From Lenisia limosa (lineage: Eukaryota; Protista; Breviatea): DNA of 33,912 bases. The position numbers and the translations under genes are program-made. The stretch spans positions 1-33,912 of the forward strand of contig LPNZ01006159.1 in NCBI GenBank assembly GCA_001655205.1. Direction: 5' to 3'. Position 1 is the stretch's first letter, and every line of letters begins with the position of its first letter. The notes under the pieces are model-generated. The model was not told the origin of the DNA. It worked only from the letters and a program-made list of their open reading frames with translations, and did no database searches. Of this stretch, positions 31,901 through 33,912 are shown in pieces.

Positions 31901-33912
31901 CATGGTTCTAACACACCAGGAGGTTTTATTTGGGAAGCTTGAGGAAAATAGCGATTGGCAAGCTATTTCTGATGGTTGGGGGGGGGGTAGAGAGGTTGAT
32001 GGTTTCATCTTAGAATTGTAAGCTGTTCATATTCTTTCTGCTCTTTATTTCTTTTTTGCCTCCCCATTTATTTGTCTTTTTTTTAAATAAAAAACAATTT
32101 ATTTTTCCTTATTTCCAATTGATTTTTTTGTCTCTGCTCACCAGTCAGTTTTTCAAGAAATAGTTACGCCAGCTAGACAAGACCCCTCACTGTTTGTAAG
32201 TCTCATGATAAAAAACGCAGACAATGTCAAAAAACAGGTGAGTGTTGTGTTTGATTGGCCATTAGATTGCAGCACACTTTAACCCTCATAGATGACATCA
32301 ATTCGGTCAAAGTTAGTTGGCAACGTATTCACTTCTCTCAGTTCTATTTGCCCCGCTCTTGGTAAGTCATCTTGAAATTGCAATAGCTCTTATTATTCTC
32401 AGGGGGAGTTGGCAATTCACTGGTTCCAGTGTTCTTTGAAACAGCGTGCAAAGTATCAACGAGCAAAACTGCCGTGAGTACCTTAGGTTACCCTCGAATA
32501 TCTTACTGGACAGGCAATTTCAACACCGGCATGCCTTTTTCTGTCACTTGTTGGCCAGCATTGTTTCTCAAGTGACAGCATGGACACGGTTAAGCCCATT
32601 ATTGTCAGCATCGGATTATTGTTGAGTAGTTCAAAGGATTTTTTTGTGTGTTCATGCTATTCATTGCTCCTTGTTTTAGGTTTTAAAAAAATGAAGCGAA
32701 TAACTCGTATCCCTAACTCAACAGGAAACCCACAAAAACGGACTGGTCCGTGCAGCAGCTCTCACTGGACTGGCAAGTTTTATCAAAACATGCGCATCAA
32801 AGGATTACTGTGAGCCCCCTCCCCCATTAATTATATTTGCAGATGCTAGCGATGTTTTTGCATCAATAGCCAAGACCAATATCCGACATAAGGAGGCCTC
32901 GTGTAGAACTGTGGGGGGCTTATTTTAACATTATATTCTAATTACATAATTAAGAAGTGCTATAGTAGCTATATGATATGTGTCACTTGATTAATGGATG
33001 TTCACATTTGTATTTATTATTTGATATCATTTTTCATCTCGATATGTCAAGAAACAATAATAGGCTGTATCTGGCACGCAATCACGCTTAGAAGAGATAT
33101 TGGATTATAGTATACAAAATTATTTCACTCAGTCATATGAGTTGCAACTTGGGTCCAGCTGTGAGCCTCATAATTTTGTTGAGGAAAGGAGTAACTTTCT
33201 TAGGCGTTGCGGAAACTTCTTGAAGAAATTTCAAAAGGTGACAAGACAAAGTTTGACGAGTGGGCGGGAGAATGTATTTTGAAATACTACTTTTACTCTG
33301 ATTTGTAGCCGTCAGATTTCTGTTGTTTTTTAATATTCACTTTTTGATATTTTCTCCCATTTCCAAATGAACACAACACTTCAACATACCCATCGAAAAT
33401 TGGATTATTTTTTTCCAATTTGAAGTGAACAAAGATTGCAGGTGCTATCATGGAATAGATAGAATATTAAGACTTCGGACCCCCCCCCCCCTTTTTTTTT
33501 TNNNNNNNNNNNNNNNNNNNNNNNNNNNNNNNNNNNNNNNNNNNNNNNAAGATTTCGGGGTAATTGGACTCTAAAGAATAAAATTTCCACAATAAAAGTT
33601 GATTCCAAGCAGTTCAGGGAAAACAAAGATATTTAACATAAGCAAGTTCGCTTCATATTATACCAGCTAGTATATCGTAGTTTTATGAATACTTTTTTAA
33701 AAAATAGTCTTTTATTGTGTTCAGGATTCTTCAACTTGCTGGAAAGGATGTTTCCTCATCGTTCGCACCCACTAAAATTTCAAAAACTGCAAGGTTTGCC
33801 CAATCACAGTTTTGCTTTAATAATATATGCATATATTATATCATATATCGATATCCACATCACGCTTATAGAGATATTGGATTATATAATCTTAATTCAC
33901 CTAATCATTTGC
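31901..33912 (+). CDS. Multi-exon hypothetical protein, possibly alpha-solenoid/HEAT-like, incomplete at the window end
   Basis: Plus-strand GT-AG exons: MVLTHQEVLFGKLEENSDWQAISD|..FQEIVTPARQDPSLF|TMSKNR|LQHTLTLIDDINSVK; ETHKNGLVRAAALTGLASFIKTCASKDY|DASDVFASIAKTNIRHKEASCRT. The start could be upstream (~31770). The HEAT-like call is weak. Confidence 0.4.

Overview
This is eukaryotic genomic DNA from an intron-rich organism, probably a unicellular eukaryote; the taxon cannot be determined from this window. It is a draft assembly with 14 N-gaps, most sitting next to G/C homopolymer runs. The ORF track is fragmentary because the genes are split by many GT-AG introns, so I rebuilt exons by hand and boundaries are approximate. 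Five spliced loci can be supported. (1) A minus-strand gene, ~1056-8139, whose joined exons resemble the bacterial Schlafen/AlbA_2 + GHKL (HATPase_c_4, 'RecG C-terminal') architecture and carry a PAM2-like motif. (2) A plus-strand Ulp/SENP (C48) SUMO-protease gene with an intact His-Asp-Cys triad and a very acidic C-terminal tail; it probably starts at 8338 and ends at 18105. (3) A minus-strand 2x(TM block + cyclase) class III nucleotide cyclase with guanylyl-specifying residues and C1/C2 roles swapped relative to mammalian adenylyl cyclase. (4) A minus-strand atypical Hsp70 of the Ssz1/HSPA14 type, 26922-31590. (5) A plus-strand hypothetical, possibly HEAT-like, gene running off the window end. 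There are several intronic minisatellites and a strand-polarised intron pattern: G-runs after donors and C-runs before acceptors. I saw no rRNA, tRNA, CRISPR array or transposase.
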